Below are positions 17,509 to 29,426 of a DNA stretch of 35,957 nucleotides, one piece after another. The position numbers were made by a program, and so were the translations under genes. The stretch covers positions 1-35,957 of the forward strand of contig JBJEQU010000258.1 in NCBI GenBank assembly GCA_051881935.1, in the 5' to 3' direction. The stretch comes from Porcipelethomonas sp. (GTDB lineage: Bacteria; Bacillota; Clostridia; Oscillospirales; Ruminococcaceae). The notes beneath the pieces were generated by a model. It saw nothing but the letters and a program-made list of their open reading frames with translations. It searched no databases and was not told the DNA's origin. Position 1 is the stretch's first letter. The number at the start of each line of letters is the position of its first letter.

Positions 17509-17688
17509 TTAAGGCAACACCGCACAATTAACGGCTGTCGCCTTTGCCGCACATCTGCTTGCAGATTTTCCGTCATATCACACAAAAATTTCTTGACATA
17601 CGCTAGTATGCCTGCGAAATTTTTATGCAATCTGGCAAAAAATCTGACTTCGCATCTGCACGACAATAATTATGCGGTATTACCTTAA
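17509..17688. mobile_element. ~180-bp palindromic MITE bounded by TTAA
   Basis: TAAGGCAACACCGCACAATTA vs right-end reverse complement TAAGGTAATACCGCATAATTA (18/21); nested internal inverted repeats. Confidence 0.75.
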
Positions 17689-18651
17689 AAATTCCTCTGC
17701 AAGTCTTTGTGCGTCTTCATAGGTTTCAAGACTATAACATTTAGCACGGAACGCCGCCGCTCCGTACAATCCTTTCATATACCATGATGCATGCTTCCTC
17801 GCCTCTTTCATGGCACGCATTTCATTACCCTTCTCCGGCTGCTCAAGTATAAGCCTTATATGATAAAGCATGACCTCCATCCGCTCCTCAACTGAAGGCG
17901 GAGTATAAGGCTTATTTTCAAAGTAACAGTCGATCTCCCTGAAAATAAAGGGATTGCCGTAGGTCGCTCTGCCTATCATAACAAGGTCACATCCGGTATG
18001 CTCATACATATCAAGGCAGCTTTCAAGGCTGTCAATGTCGCCGTTTCCGATGACCGGAACAGAAACAGCCTGTTTCACCTGTTTTATAATATCACGGTCG
18101 GCTTTTCCCGAATACATCTGGTCCTTTGTACGCCCATGTACGGTCAGTGCATCGGCTCCTGCCTGCTCCATAGCCTGTGCGAATTCCACTGCGTTTACGC
18201 TGTCCCTGCTCCAGCCTTTCCGGAACTTTACCGTTACAGGAACCCCCGAAACACTTTTTACTGCTCTTACGATCTCAGCCGCTCTGTCTGTATCCTTCAT
18301 AAGGGCACTGCCGGAATTGTTGTTTACAACCTTCGGCACGGGACAGCCCATATTTATATCCAGAATATCCGGATCATATTTCATGCATATTTCTGCGGCA
18401 TTTTTCATAAACTCCGGATCATCACCAAAAATCTGCAGAGCCATGGGCCGCTCCTTTTCGGTAACTGTACAAAGCCCTGCAGTTTTTCTGTCACTGTAGC
18501 AAAGACCCTTTGCAGAAATAAGCTCGCTTACCGTATAACATGCCCCGTATTCACGGCAGAGAATACGGTATGCCCTGTCCGCAACTGATGCCATAGGCGC
18601 CAGTGCGGCAGTTTTTTTTATTTTAACATTTCCGATATTTATGTATTCCAT
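17680..18651 (-). CDS. dusB: tRNA-dihydrouridine synthase DusB-like
   Basis: LAPMA, DINMGCPVPKV, GSALM, VTVKFRKGW, TVHGRT, IGNGDI, VMIGR. Confidence 0.93.
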   Translation of the reverse strand: MEYINIGNVKIKKTAALAPMASVADRAYRILCREYGACYTVSELISAKGLCYSDRKTAGLCTVTEKERPMALQIFGDDPEFMKNAAEICMKYDPDILDINMGCPVPKVVNNNSGSALMKDTDRAAEIVRAVKSVSGVPVTVKFRKGWSRDSVNAVEFAQAMEQAGADALTVHGRTKDQMYSGKADRDIIKQVKQAVSVPVIGNGDIDSLESCLDMYEHTGCDLVMIGRATYGNPFIFREIDCYFENKPYTPPSVEERMEVMLYHIRLILEQPEKGNEMRAMKEARKHASWYMKGLYGAAAFRAKCYSLETYEDAQRLAEEFLR

Positions 18652-18781
18652 CTGAAAACTCCCTTAAAAGCTTTTGCGCAATTTTGTATAATAATATTTT
18701 ATCACATTTTTTCGTGAAAGGATAGAGTTTTACAAAAAAATCTGCTATAATATAAGTAATACTATTTAGGGAGAAATCATT

Positions 18782-21331
18782 ATGAAATTACTTGCAATTG
18801 ACGGCAACAGTATTATGAACCGTGCCTATTACGGCATACATGCCCTAACCAACAGGAAGGGTGTTTATACAAACGCTCTTCTGGGGTTTATGAACATATA
18901 TTTCAAAAATTCTGATATTATAAAGCCGGACGGGGTTGCCGTGGCATTCGATCTGAAAAAGCCTACATTCCGCCATAAGGCTGTGGAATCCTATAAAGCA
19001 AACCGAAAGGGCATGCCGGAGGAGCTTGCCCAGCAGATGCCCCTTATCAAGGAAATACTTACAGGTATGGGAATCAGTATAATCGAATGCGAAGGCTACG
19101 AAGCAGACGATATCCTCGGAACGCTTTCAAAAATGTGTACTGACAAAGGTGATGAATGCCATATACTGACCGGTGACAAGGACAGTCTCCAGCTTATAAA
19201 TGACAAGGTCACTGTCCACCTTGCAACTACAAAAGAGACTATCATCTATACCCCGGAAAAATTTATTGAGACCTATGGATTTGAACCTATCAATCTCATT
19301 GACCTGAAAGCCCTTATGGGTGACAGCTCTGACAATATTTCCGGCGTTCCGGGAATCGGCGAAAAAACAGCAGCGAAGCTTATTGCTCAGTGGAATACTA
19401 TTGAAAATCTCTACGAAAATATAGAAAACGCCGGACTTACAAAAGGCGTTACCGCAAAGCTTGAAAACGGCAGGGATGCTGCAAAGGAAAGCAAATGGCT
19501 TGCCACTATAATTCTCGATGCCCCGATAAATACAGATCCGGAAAGCTGTATTCTGAAAAAACGTGACGACGAAAAACTCCGTTCACTGCTTACCGAGCTT
19601 GAAATGTTCAGGCTGCTGTCAAAGCTTGGTCTTGAACCGGCGGAAATACAGCCATCTCAGCCGGAGGAACAGCCTCAAAAGACAGAATGTACCACAGCCC
19701 CCCTTACCGCTGAAATACTCGGCAGACTTCTGGGCGGTGACAAAATCTTTTATATTATCAGAAATAACACAGTATATGTCTGTGAACCTGAAAACGAGAC
19801 ATTATACCATATCTACAATTCGGACAGCGGGGAGCTTATACTTAAAATTTTAAGCAGCGATACTCCAAAGATCACCTTCGGGGCAAAGGCTCAGTATCAT
19901 ACCGCCTTTGAAAATAATTTTCCCCTTAAAAACTGCATTTTCGACTGTGAAATTGCAGCGTACCTTCTCGATCCCTCCGCCAGCGAATACAGCATTGAAA
20001 AGCTGTGTTTCAGATACTCGCTCCCCTATTGCAGTGATGCCGGAGAGGCTGCGGACTGCGCCGGAATAGTCATGCTCTATGAAATAATGAAGAACGAAAT
20101 TGAAAGCCAGGGACTTGACTACATTATGTATGAGGTGGAACAGCCGCTGACGGAGGTTCTTGCTTCAATGGAATATACCGGAGTCCGGGTCAATGCAAAG
20201 GGGGTAAGATCCTTCGGGGAACAGCTCAGGGACGAAACTGAGGGAATAGAATCCCAGATATATTTTATGTGCGGAAAGGAATTTAATATTTCCTCACCAA
20301 AGCAGCTGGGGGACATTCTCTATGAAATGGGCGTACCACTGAAAAAGAAAAACAAGCACGGATTTTCAACAAGTGCGGAAATTCTTGAAGAGCTTCGTGA
20401 CAGTCATCCTGTTATTGATCTGGTACTCCGTTACAGAAAACTTACCAAACTCAGCTCAACCTATGTTGACGGTCTTTTGAAAAATGTTTCAGAGGATGGC
20501 AGAATACACACTGTTTTCAAACAGACAGAGACAAGAACAGGCAGAATTTCCTCGACGGAACCCAACGTGCAGAACATTCCTGTAAGAACAGAGCTGGGCA
20601 GGGAGATGAGAAAATTTTTTATTGCCTCCGACGGAAAAATGTTCCTTGATGCCGATTACAGCCAGATCGAGCTTCGCATCGTTGCCCATATATGCGGCGA
20701 CCCGGTGATGATAGAAGGATTTAAAAGCGGTGCGGACATCCACGCCTCAACAGCAGCACAGGTTTTCGGACTTCCGGAAGAGATGATAACCCCGGAAATG
20801 AGAAGCGCGGCAAAGGCGGTAAATTTCGGAATAATTTATGGTATCGGAGCATTTTCCCTGTCTAAGGATATCGGTGTCAGCGTCTTTGAGGCAAAAAAAT
20901 ATATCGAAAACTATTTCAGAAAATTCCCGAACATCGAAAAATTCATGAATGATACAGTGGAAAAGGCAAAAAAAGACGGATATGTAACCACCATGTTCGG
21001 TAGGAAAAGGTACGTTCCTGAGCTTTCCGCCTCAAACAAGAACATGCAGGCGGCAGGCAGAAGGATCGCAATGAACACTCCAATTCAGGGCAGTGCGGCG
21101 GACATTATAAAAATTGCTATGGTAAAGGTATACAGGCGGCTTAAAGAGGAGCTTCCGGAGGCTAAGCTGATTTTACAGGTCCACGATGAGCTTATTGTTG
21201 AGTGTCCTGCTCCGGATGCAGACAGGGCGGCTGAAATTCTCTCACAGGAAATGCAGAATGCGGCGCAGCTTAAAGTCCCCCTTACAGCTGATGTAAACAG
21301 AGGTGAAAGCTGGTATGAAGCAAAGGGCTGA
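18782..21331 (+). CDS. polA: DNA polymerase I
   Basis: 5'-3' exonuclease N-terminus (YEADD, GDSSDNISGVPGIGEKTA); TGRISSTEPNVQNIP, DYSQIELR, AKAVNFGIIYG, QVHDEL. Confidence 0.98.
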   Translation: MKLLAIDGNSIMNRAYYGIHALTNRKGVYTNALLGFMNIYFKNSDIIKPDGVAVAFDLKKPTFRHKAVESYKANRKGMPEELAQQMPLIKEILTGMGISIIECEGYEADDILGTLSKMCTDKGDECHILTGDKDSLQLINDKVTVHLATTKETIIYTPEKFIETYGFEPINLIDLKALMGDSSDNISGVPGIGEKTAAKLIAQWNTIENLYENIENAGLTKGVTAKLENGRDAAKESKWLATIILDAPINTDPESCILKKRDDEKLRSLLTELEMFRLLSKLGLEPAEIQPSQPEEQPQKTECTTAPLTAEILGRLLGGDKIFYIIRNNTVYVCEPENETLYHIYNSDSGELILKILSSDTPKITFGAKAQYHTAFENNFPLKNCIFDCEIAAYLLDPSASEYSIEKLCFRYSLPYCSDAGEAADCAGIVMLYEIMKNEIESQGLDYIMYEVEQPLTEVLASMEYTGVRVNAKGVRSFGEQLRDETEGIESQIYFMCGKEFNISSPKQLGDILYEMGVPLKKKNKHGFSTSAEILEELRDSHPVIDLVLRYRKLTKLSSTYVDGLLKNVSEDGRIHTVFKQTETRTGRISSTEPNVQNIPVRTELGREMRKFFIASDGKMFLDADYSQIELRIVAHICGDPVMIEGFKSGADIHASTAAQVFGLPEEMITPEMRSAAKAVNFGIIYGIGAFSLSKDIGVSVFEAKKYIENYFRKFPNIEKFMNDTVEKAKKDGYVTTMFGRKRYVPELSASNKNMQAAGRRIAMNTPIQGSAADIIKIAMVKVYRRLKEELPEAKLILQVHDELIVECPAPDADRAAEILSQEMQNAAQLKVPLTADVNRGESWYEAKG

Positions 21332-21770
21332 TATATTAAAATGCGATATATCCGACATTGCAGAAATTGCCGGACTCGAGGAAAAACATATCCCGGACGG
21401 ATGGTCTGAGAAAGCTTTTTCCGACTGTTTTTCCAATGAAAATACTGTTATTTTCAAGGCTGTGTCGGGAGGAAAAATAATCGGATTTGTAAACGGCTCA
21501 TGGGTCATTGACGAGGGGGAACTTCTCAACATTGCCGTTTCCGAAAATTTCAGAAGATGCGGTACAGCATCGGCTCTCCTTAATGCTCTTGAGAATTTTT
21601 TCATGGAAAATGGTGTTGAAAAAATCTTTCTCGAAGTAAGGGAGAAAAACTCAGGGGCTGTAAGCTTTTATTTAAAGCATGGCTTTGAAAAGAACGGACT
21701 GAGAAAAAATTATTACAGAAATCCCCCCGACAACGCAATTCTCATGATGAAAAAATATAAGCTTCTTTAA
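21315..21770 (+). CDS. rimI: RimI-like GNAT acetyltransferase
   Basis: LNIAV..FRRCG.A, FLEVREKN, RKNYY...DNAILM; GAGGTG before ATG 21315; rimI-tsaD synteny. Confidence 0.85.
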   Translation: MKQRADILKCDISDIAEIAGLEEKHIPDGWSEKAFSDCFSNENTVIFKAVSGGKIIGFVNGSWVIDEGELLNIAVSENFRRCGTASALLNALENFFMENGVEKIFLEVREKNSGAVSFYLKHGFEKNGLRKNYYRNPPDNAILMMKKYKLL

Positions 21771-21785
21771 AAAAGGTTAATTTAA

Positions 21786-22820
21786 CTGTATATACTTGGA
21801 ATTGAAAGTTCATGCGACGAAACGGCAGCAGCTGTCTCCGAAAACGGAACTAAAATACTTTCAAACGTTGTATCAACACAGATTGAGGAACACAAAAAAT
21901 ACGGCGGCGTAGTACCGGAAATTGCCTCGAGAAGACACTGCGAAAACATCTCAGGTGTTGTTAAAAGGGCTCTTTCCGACGCCGGAAAAAAGCTCAGTGA
22001 AATTGACGGGATAGCCGTAACCTATGCCCCGGGACTTATCGGTGCGCTGCTTGTAGGCGTAAACTACGCCAAGGGACTTAGTATGGCGTCCGGAAAGCCG
22101 CTTATCCCCGTGCACCATATTTCCGGACATATTGCTGCAAACTATATTGCCCATCCGGAGCTTAAACCTCCCTATCTCTGTCTTGTGGCAAGCGGCGGTC
22201 ATTCCCATATTGTAGAGGTTCTGGATTATACCTCGTTCCGTGTTATCGGCCGAACAAGGGATGACGCAGCAGGGGAATGCTTTGACAAATGTGCAAGAGC
22301 TATGGGATTTCCATATCCAGGGGGTGTACATATCGACAAGGCAGCCCAAAGCGGTGACAGGAATGCCTATCAACTCCCACGTCCTAAGGTTGCCGGAAGC
22401 GAACTGGATTTCAGCTTTTCGGGACTTAAAACAGCTGTTATAAATCTTCTTCACAATTCACAGCAAAAAGGTATTGAGGTAAACAAAAATGATCTCAGCG
22501 CTTCTCTCCAGGGGAATATCTCAGAAATACTCTGCGAAAAAACAATGCTTGCCGCCCAGAAGCTCGGTTACAGAACAATATCAGTTGCCGGAGGAGTTTC
22601 AGCAAACAGCGGCGTCCGCAGAATATTTGAAGATGCATGCACTCGGAAAGGATATGATCTTTACCTCCCCCCTACTGAGCTTTGCGGAGATAACGGAGCA
22701 ATGATCGCATGTCAGGGATATTACAACTTTCTTGCAGGCTTCAGGGCAGACGAGAGCCTTAATGCTGTGGCTACTCTCTCTCTTGAGGAGATCCCCGATT
22801 CATTCAGACAGCAGCAGTAA
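21786..22820 (+). CDS. tsaD: tRNA N6-threonylcarbamoyltransferase TsaD, starting at CTG
   Basis: Open frame CTG-YILGIESSCDET...YGGVVPEIASRRH...HHISGH...DDAAGECFDK; in-frame TAA immediately before the CTG; the ORF track shows only the part from 22083. Confidence 0.93.
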   Translation: MYILGIESSCDETAAAVSENGTKILSNVVSTQIEEHKKYGGVVPEIASRRHCENISGVVKRALSDAGKKLSEIDGIAVTYAPGLIGALLVGVNYAKGLSMASGKPLIPVHHISGHIAANYIAHPELKPPYLCLVASGGHSHIVEVLDYTSFRVIGRTRDDAAGECFDKCARAMGFPYPGGVHIDKAAQSGDRNAYQLPRPKVAGSELDFSFSGLKTAVINLLHNSQQKGIEVNKNDLSASLQGNISEILCEKTMLAAQKLGYRTISVAGGVSANSGVRRIFEDACTRKGYDLYLPPTELCGDNGAMIACQGYYNFLAGFRADESLNAVATLSLEEIPDSFRQQQ

Positions 22821-22832
22821 AGGTAAAAATAA

Positions 22833-23465
22833 ATGGAAAACAAAAGAAATTTTCAGCGTGAACTGGATTTAATAATAAAAAAGCATACCGAAAAGGGTGA
22901 AAGACCCTCTGTTCTTCTTCACAGCTGCTGCGGACCGTGCAGCAGCTATGTTCTGGAGTATCTCACAAATTATTTTGAAGTAAAGCTTTTTTTCTATAAT
23001 CCCAATATCCAGCCTCCGGAAGAATACCAGAAAAGGCTTTCCGCACAGAAAGATGTCCTTGAAAAAATGGATTTTTCCGGAGTGGAATTAATTGAGGGGG
23101 ACTATACTCCGGATGATTTCTTCCGTGCAGTAAAGGGACTGGAAGAAGAACCGGAGGGCGGCAGCCGCTGCGAGGTATGCATAAAAATGCGGATGGAAGC
23201 TGCGGCGGCGGCAGCTGAAAAATACGGCACAGACTATTTCGCCACTACCCTTACGGTAAGCCCCCATAAAAATGCGCCATACATAAACCGTACAGGAGAG
23301 GCAATCGAAAGCGAACGAAACATTGCCTATCTGATCTCAGACTTTAAAAAGAAAAACGGCTATAAGCGTTCGGTGGAGCTATGCCGTGAATATAATATAT
23401 ATCGTCAGAATTACTGCGGATGTATTTTCAGTAAACGGGCTGAATCAAAAAATGATACACAATAG
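22833..23465 (+). CDS. queH: Epoxyqueuosine reductase QueH (DUF208)
   Basis: LLHSCCGPCS, FYNPNI, RCEVC, TTLTVSPHK, YRQNYCGCIFS. Confidence 0.93.
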   Translation: MENKRNFQRELDLIIKKHTEKGERPSVLLHSCCGPCSSYVLEYLTNYFEVKLFFYNPNIQPPEEYQKRLSAQKDVLEKMDFSGVELIEGDYTPDDFFRAVKGLEEEPEGGSRCEVCIKMRMEAAAAAAEKYGTDYFATTLTVSPHKNAPYINRTGEAIESERNIAYLISDFKKKNGYKRSVELCREYNIYRQNYCGCIFSKRAESKNDTQ

Positions 23466-23475
23466 CAATAAACGA

Positions 23476-23500
23476 AAAGCGGCCCATAAAGAGCCGCTTT
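23476..23500. terminator. Bidirectional terminator
   Basis: AAAGCGGC...GCCGCTTT between convergent genes. Confidence 0.65.
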
Positions 23501-23505
23501 AAATT

Positions 23506-24404
23506 TTATTCAGTTATTTTACCGGCAAGCTTATAAGCAAGTGCTGCCGCATCTCTTATATTGATCTTTCCGTCGCCGTTAAAATCAGCCGTTTCCGGAA
23601 GCTCCTGACTCCTTCCCTCTGCAAGCATTTGAGCAATGAACGCACAGTCACGGACAGTATACTCTTCCGTCTGTTCCTGTTCCGGGTCGGATACTGTTAT
23701 TGAAACGGTGGTGGATGTCGTTTCCGGAGAAGTTGTTACAGGGGCAGTTGTTGTGATCTCAGGCTCTTCAAAATATTGTTTAGTTGCCGAGACAGATGTC
23801 CTGCTAACATGCATACCATACTCCTTATACAAACTTAAAAAAGCCGAGACTATATCTTCTTCAGTTGCATCTTCATCGTAACAGATATGAAAATTCTCAT
23901 TGCCATCATCTTCATATGGTTCGAAATGTGCCTTCATATTTTTCTCATCGAGAAAATCATTCAGTTCATCAACAGAATGATTCTTATAGAACATTTCATC
24001 TGTAGAATAAACCCTGTTCCAGGTTATAATAACACCGACAAGAACTCTGGCTTTTTTCAGATCTGGCTTTACCTCCTCTTCCTCATCAAATATATATTCT
24101 CTGGACAAGAGTCCAATATCATTAGGGGTTATGAATTCATCGGTATGATAAGAGTAAACATGCTTTAATTCTACAGCATCATAACCGTCAAAGTTAACCG
24201 TATTATCATTAATATACTCAACGAATTCCTGCTCATAGGGAAGTACATGGTCTAAAGAATTCACCAATTCCCTGTTTTCCTGATTATTAAAATCACAGGT
24301 AGGCATCGACGATCCCGACGCAGAAGCAGAAACGCCTAAAACCACAGACGATAGTAACAGTAAGTTAAGTATCACACTGCCTAATGTTTTTTGATTTTTT
24401 TCAT
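23506..24404 (-). CDS. Secreted protein with Thr-rich linker and degenerate dockerin; ATG 24404 is out of frame by one base in an A7 tract (intact frame from GTG 24375)
   Basis: TVRDCAFIA...ADFNGDGKINIRDAA; GGAG-ATG then AAAAAAA; adding one A gives MKKNQKTLGSVILNLLLL. Confidence 0.75.
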
Positions 24405-24523
24405 AATAATCTCCATTCTGCCGCTAAGAGTGTCAGCACAAATAGGAATGAAAATCTCCCGAGCGTCATAATGGAGATTTTCGCATTCCCTTTACATTTA
24501 TTTCTATCCTTTTCTTTACTGTT

Positions 24524-24552
24524 ATTATAACACTCACCGATTATATTGTCAA
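24524..24552 (-). promoter_or_regulatory. Consensus SigA promoter of the dockerin gene
   Basis: TTGACA-17-TATAAT with TG extension on the minus strand. Confidence 0.8.
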
Positions 24553-24596
24553 TATTTTTTGTTTTCTTTCTGATACTACATACAAAATTCAAAAGC

Positions 24597-24629
24597 AAAA
24601 CACCGCAGTACAATAAGTACCACGGTGTC
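24597..24629 (-). terminator. Terminator of the pyrG operon
   Basis: Minus strand ACACCGTGGTAC-loop-GTACTGCGGTGT-TTT. Confidence 0.65.
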
Positions 24630-24635
24630 AAAATA

Positions 24636-26580
<1,945 letters not shown>

Positions 26581-26851
26581 TTAACTTTCAAAAAATCACA
26601 TTACTTCTATTTTACTATTTATTTCGACGGAATGCAATAGCACAGAGAAATAAATAAAAGAATAACGCAATAGAAATTTAATGTATTTTACCCTGAAAAT
26701 TGTGCAGTATTTATACTAATCCCTTTAAGGGATTCCATGAGACGGGATCTGACAGCAAAGCGGTCAGATCAGAGGATGCCGCAGGCAGCATTTTTTCCGT
26801 AATTTTCCTGACAAATTTGCGTAAATACGCTGAAAATACATCAGATGGGTA

Positions 26852-26880
26852 TTGGCTTTTGAGATAAAATATGCTATAAT
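26852..26880 (+). promoter_or_regulatory. SigA promoter of the desulfurase gene
   Basis: TTGGCT-17-TATAAT with TG extension. Confidence 0.6.
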
Positions 26881-26917
26881 ATAAGGTACGATTATTAAGT
26901 GAGATGGAGAAAATAAA

Positions 26918-28054
26918 ATGGAAATATATCTTGATAATGCCGCAACTACAAAGCCCTGCCGGGAGGCTGTAAAGGCTGCTGCAGACTGCATGACCGACAA
27001 TTTCGGCAACCCCTCATCCCTTCACAGAGCGGGACTGAATGCACAGTTAGCTGTTGACAGCGTAAGAAAAATCATCGGAAGGTCCATTGCCGCTGATCCG
27101 GCATGCATATATTTTACATCGGGAGCCACTGAAAGCAATAATCTGGCTATAATGGGAACCGCAGGCGCATACGGAAAGAGAAAGCCGAGGATCGTCACTT
27201 CCTCGGTGGAACATTCCTCTGTGGAAAAAACAATGGCTCACCTTGAACAGCAGGGCTTTGAAATCGTCCGTATATCCCCTGACAGAAACGGACAGATATC
27301 CCATGAACAGATATTAAATGCCGTTGACGAAAAAACATGCCTTGTCAGCATGATGATGGTAAACAATGAAACGGGATATATCCTCCCGGTAAGGCGGGCA
27401 TTTTACGGCATAAAAAAGCTTTATCCCCAGTGTATCACCCACTGTGACGCCGTACAGGGATATATGAAGATACCCTTTAAGGTATCTGAACTGAATGCAG
27501 ATATGATTTCCATGTCAGGCCATAAAATACATGCCGGAAAGGGCGTCGGAGCACTGTATCTGAAGAAAGGGGTGCGGCTCGAACCACAGGTTTTCGGCGG
27601 CGGACAGGAAAACGGACTCCGCTCCGGAACGGAAAATGTTCCCATGATAGCCTCTATGGGGGCAGCAGTAAAAGCACTGAACGGAAATATTTCCGAAAGA
27701 CTTGACAAAGCCAGACAGCTGAAAAGCAAGCTTCTCGGCAGACTGTCCTCCATGGACGGCATATTCATAAATTCCGACGAGGATGCAAGTCCATATATAA
27801 TCAATATTTCTGTTCCGGGGATACGCTCGGAAATAATGCTCCATTTCCTTGAAGAAAAGGAAATATACATCTCAAGCGGCTCTGCATGCTCAAAGGGAGC
27901 TAAAAGCGGAGTGCTCGGACAGTTCGGCATAAGCGACAGCCGCACCGACTCTGCGCTGAGAATAAGCATCTGCGGAGAAACCACCGTTTCTGAACTGTCC
28001 GCACTGGTAAACGGCATTGAGGATGCAATGGAAAAGCTTGTAAAGGCAAAGTAA
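26918..28054 (+). CDS. Cysteine desulfurase (IscS/NifS group I; NifZ-like partner of ThiI)
   Basis: IYLDNAATT, GNPSSLH, FTSGATESNN, SGHK, SSGSACS; directly upstream of thiI. Confidence 0.93.
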   Translation: MEIYLDNAATTKPCREAVKAAADCMTDNFGNPSSLHRAGLNAQLAVDSVRKIIGRSIAADPACIYFTSGATESNNLAIMGTAGAYGKRKPRIVTSSVEHSSVEKTMAHLEQQGFEIVRISPDRNGQISHEQILNAVDEKTCLVSMMMVNNETGYILPVRRAFYGIKKLYPQCITHCDAVQGYMKIPFKVSELNADMISMSGHKIHAGKGVGALYLKKGVRLEPQVFGGGQENGLRSGTENVPMIASMGAAVKALNGNISERLDKARQLKSKLLGRLSSMDGIFINSDEDASPYIINISVPGIRSEIMLHFLEEKEIYISSGSACSKGAKSGVLGQFGISDSRTDSALRISICGETTVSELSALVNGIEDAMEKLVKAK

Positions 28055-28120
28055 AGGACTTGACACCTTGCAAAAAGCTGTGATATTATAGACAAAACCG
28101 CAAAAACGGAGGAAAAACAA

Positions 28121-29299
28121 ATGCAGGAGATAATACTTATAAAATACGGGGAAATGGCGCTCAAAGGGATGAATAAAAAAAGCTTTGAGGACATACTCGT
28201 TAAAAACATGAAGAGAAGAATAAAAAACCTGGGAAAGGCTGAAATAACAAGGGCACAGTCCACTATATACATCACCCCCGCTGATGACAGCTTTGATGTG
28301 AACGAAGCAGTAGAAAGGCTGAAAAAGGTATTCGGCATTGCCGCTCTCTGCCGTGCTGTTGTGTGCGAAAAGGATTTTGAGGATATTTCAAAAACTGCAT
28401 GTGAATATCTTGAAGATACTCTTTCCTATGCAAAAACCTTCAAAGTCACTGCAAAAAGGGCAGACAAAAGCTTCCCTATGAAATCCCCTGAGATATGCCG
28501 GGAGCTGGGGGGCGTACTCCTTGGAAAATTCCCTCATCTTGAGGTCGATGTAAACGATCCGGAGATAACAGTTACCGTTGAGATCCGGGACACAAAGGCA
28601 TATGTCCACGGGGAGAATCTTAAGGGTGCAGGAGGACTTCCGGTAGGAACCAGCGGACATGCAATGCTGCTGCTTTCCGGAGGTATTGACAGTCCGGTTG
28701 CCGGATATATGATGGCAAAAAGAGGAGTGCACATCTCCGCAATACACTATGTCAGTCCTCCTTATACATCCGACAGAGCAAGACTCAAGGTTGAGCAGCT
28801 GTGCGAAAAAATCACTCCATACTGCGGAAGCATAGCGTTTTTCTGCGTACCCTTTACTAAAATCCAGGAGGAAATAAAGAACAACTGTCCCGAAGAATTT
28901 TTCACTATTATAATGAGACGGCTTATGATGAAGATCGCACAGAAAATATGTCAGAGGGAAAAATGTCTTGCCCTTATTACCGGCGAAAGCGTGGGACAGG
29001 TTGCAAGTCAGACAATGAATGCTCTTATGTGTACAGATGCGGTATGCGATATTCCGGTATTCCGTCCTCTTATAGGAATGGACAAAACAGAAATTATTGA
29101 AATTGCCCGAAAGATCGATACCTTTGAGACTTCCATACAGCCTTATGAGGACTGCTGCACTGTTTTCACTCCCCGTCATCCTAAGGTAAGACCCCTTGTT
29201 GCAGATGTTGAAGCGGCAGAGGCTGGCTTTGATTTTACACAGCTGATCGATGAAGCTGTAGAAAATACAGAACTGAAAATTTTCAATCTTGAAGTATAG
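28121..29299 (+). CDS. thiI: tRNA 4-thiouridine synthase ThiI
   Basis: KYGEMALKG, THUMP region, PP-loop LLSGGIDSPVA, TGESVGQVASQT, EDCC. Confidence 0.96.
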   Translation: MQEIILIKYGEMALKGMNKKSFEDILVKNMKRRIKNLGKAEITRAQSTIYITPADDSFDVNEAVERLKKVFGIAALCRAVVCEKDFEDISKTACEYLEDTLSYAKTFKVTAKRADKSFPMKSPEICRELGGVLLGKFPHLEVDVNDPEITVTVEIRDTKAYVHGENLKGAGGLPVGTSGHAMLLLSGGIDSPVAGYMMAKRGVHISAIHYVSPPYTSDRARLKVEQLCEKITPYCGSIAFFCVPFTKIQEEIKNNCPEEFFTIIMRRLMMKIAQKICQREKCLALITGESVGQVASQTMNALMCTDAVCDIPVFRPLIGMDKTEIIEIARKIDTFETSIQPYEDCCTVFTPRHPKVRPLVADVEAAEAGFDFTQLIDEAVENTELKIFNLEV

Positions 29300-29426
29300 T
29301 CCGATTTCCAGTGCGGCACAGAGAGGATCAGTTCCTCCGGATGCAGCCCGCATATGGAATAAAATGGACATACTGTTTCAAGATTTCAAAAACCATCGGT
29401 CATCTTTTCGCAAAGTTGGTGAATAT

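Noticed and set aside
17509-17688. Cys-rich C-terminal tail of the 16912..17688 ORF as a real domain
   Set aside because: It is read-through into the MITE
22083-22820. tsaD as an N-terminally truncated pseudogene
   Set aside because: Frame is open and conserved back to CTG 21786
27421-29371. Long antisense ORFs (305 and 327 aa) and similar shadows over dusB, pyrG, recR and pdp
   Set aside because: Opposite well-conserved genes with no motifs; explained by codon bias
29289-29426. 46-aa N-terminal extension of the PncC-sortase ORF
   Set aside because: Overlaps the thiI end and lacks an RBS; ATG 29427 has GGTGA upstream
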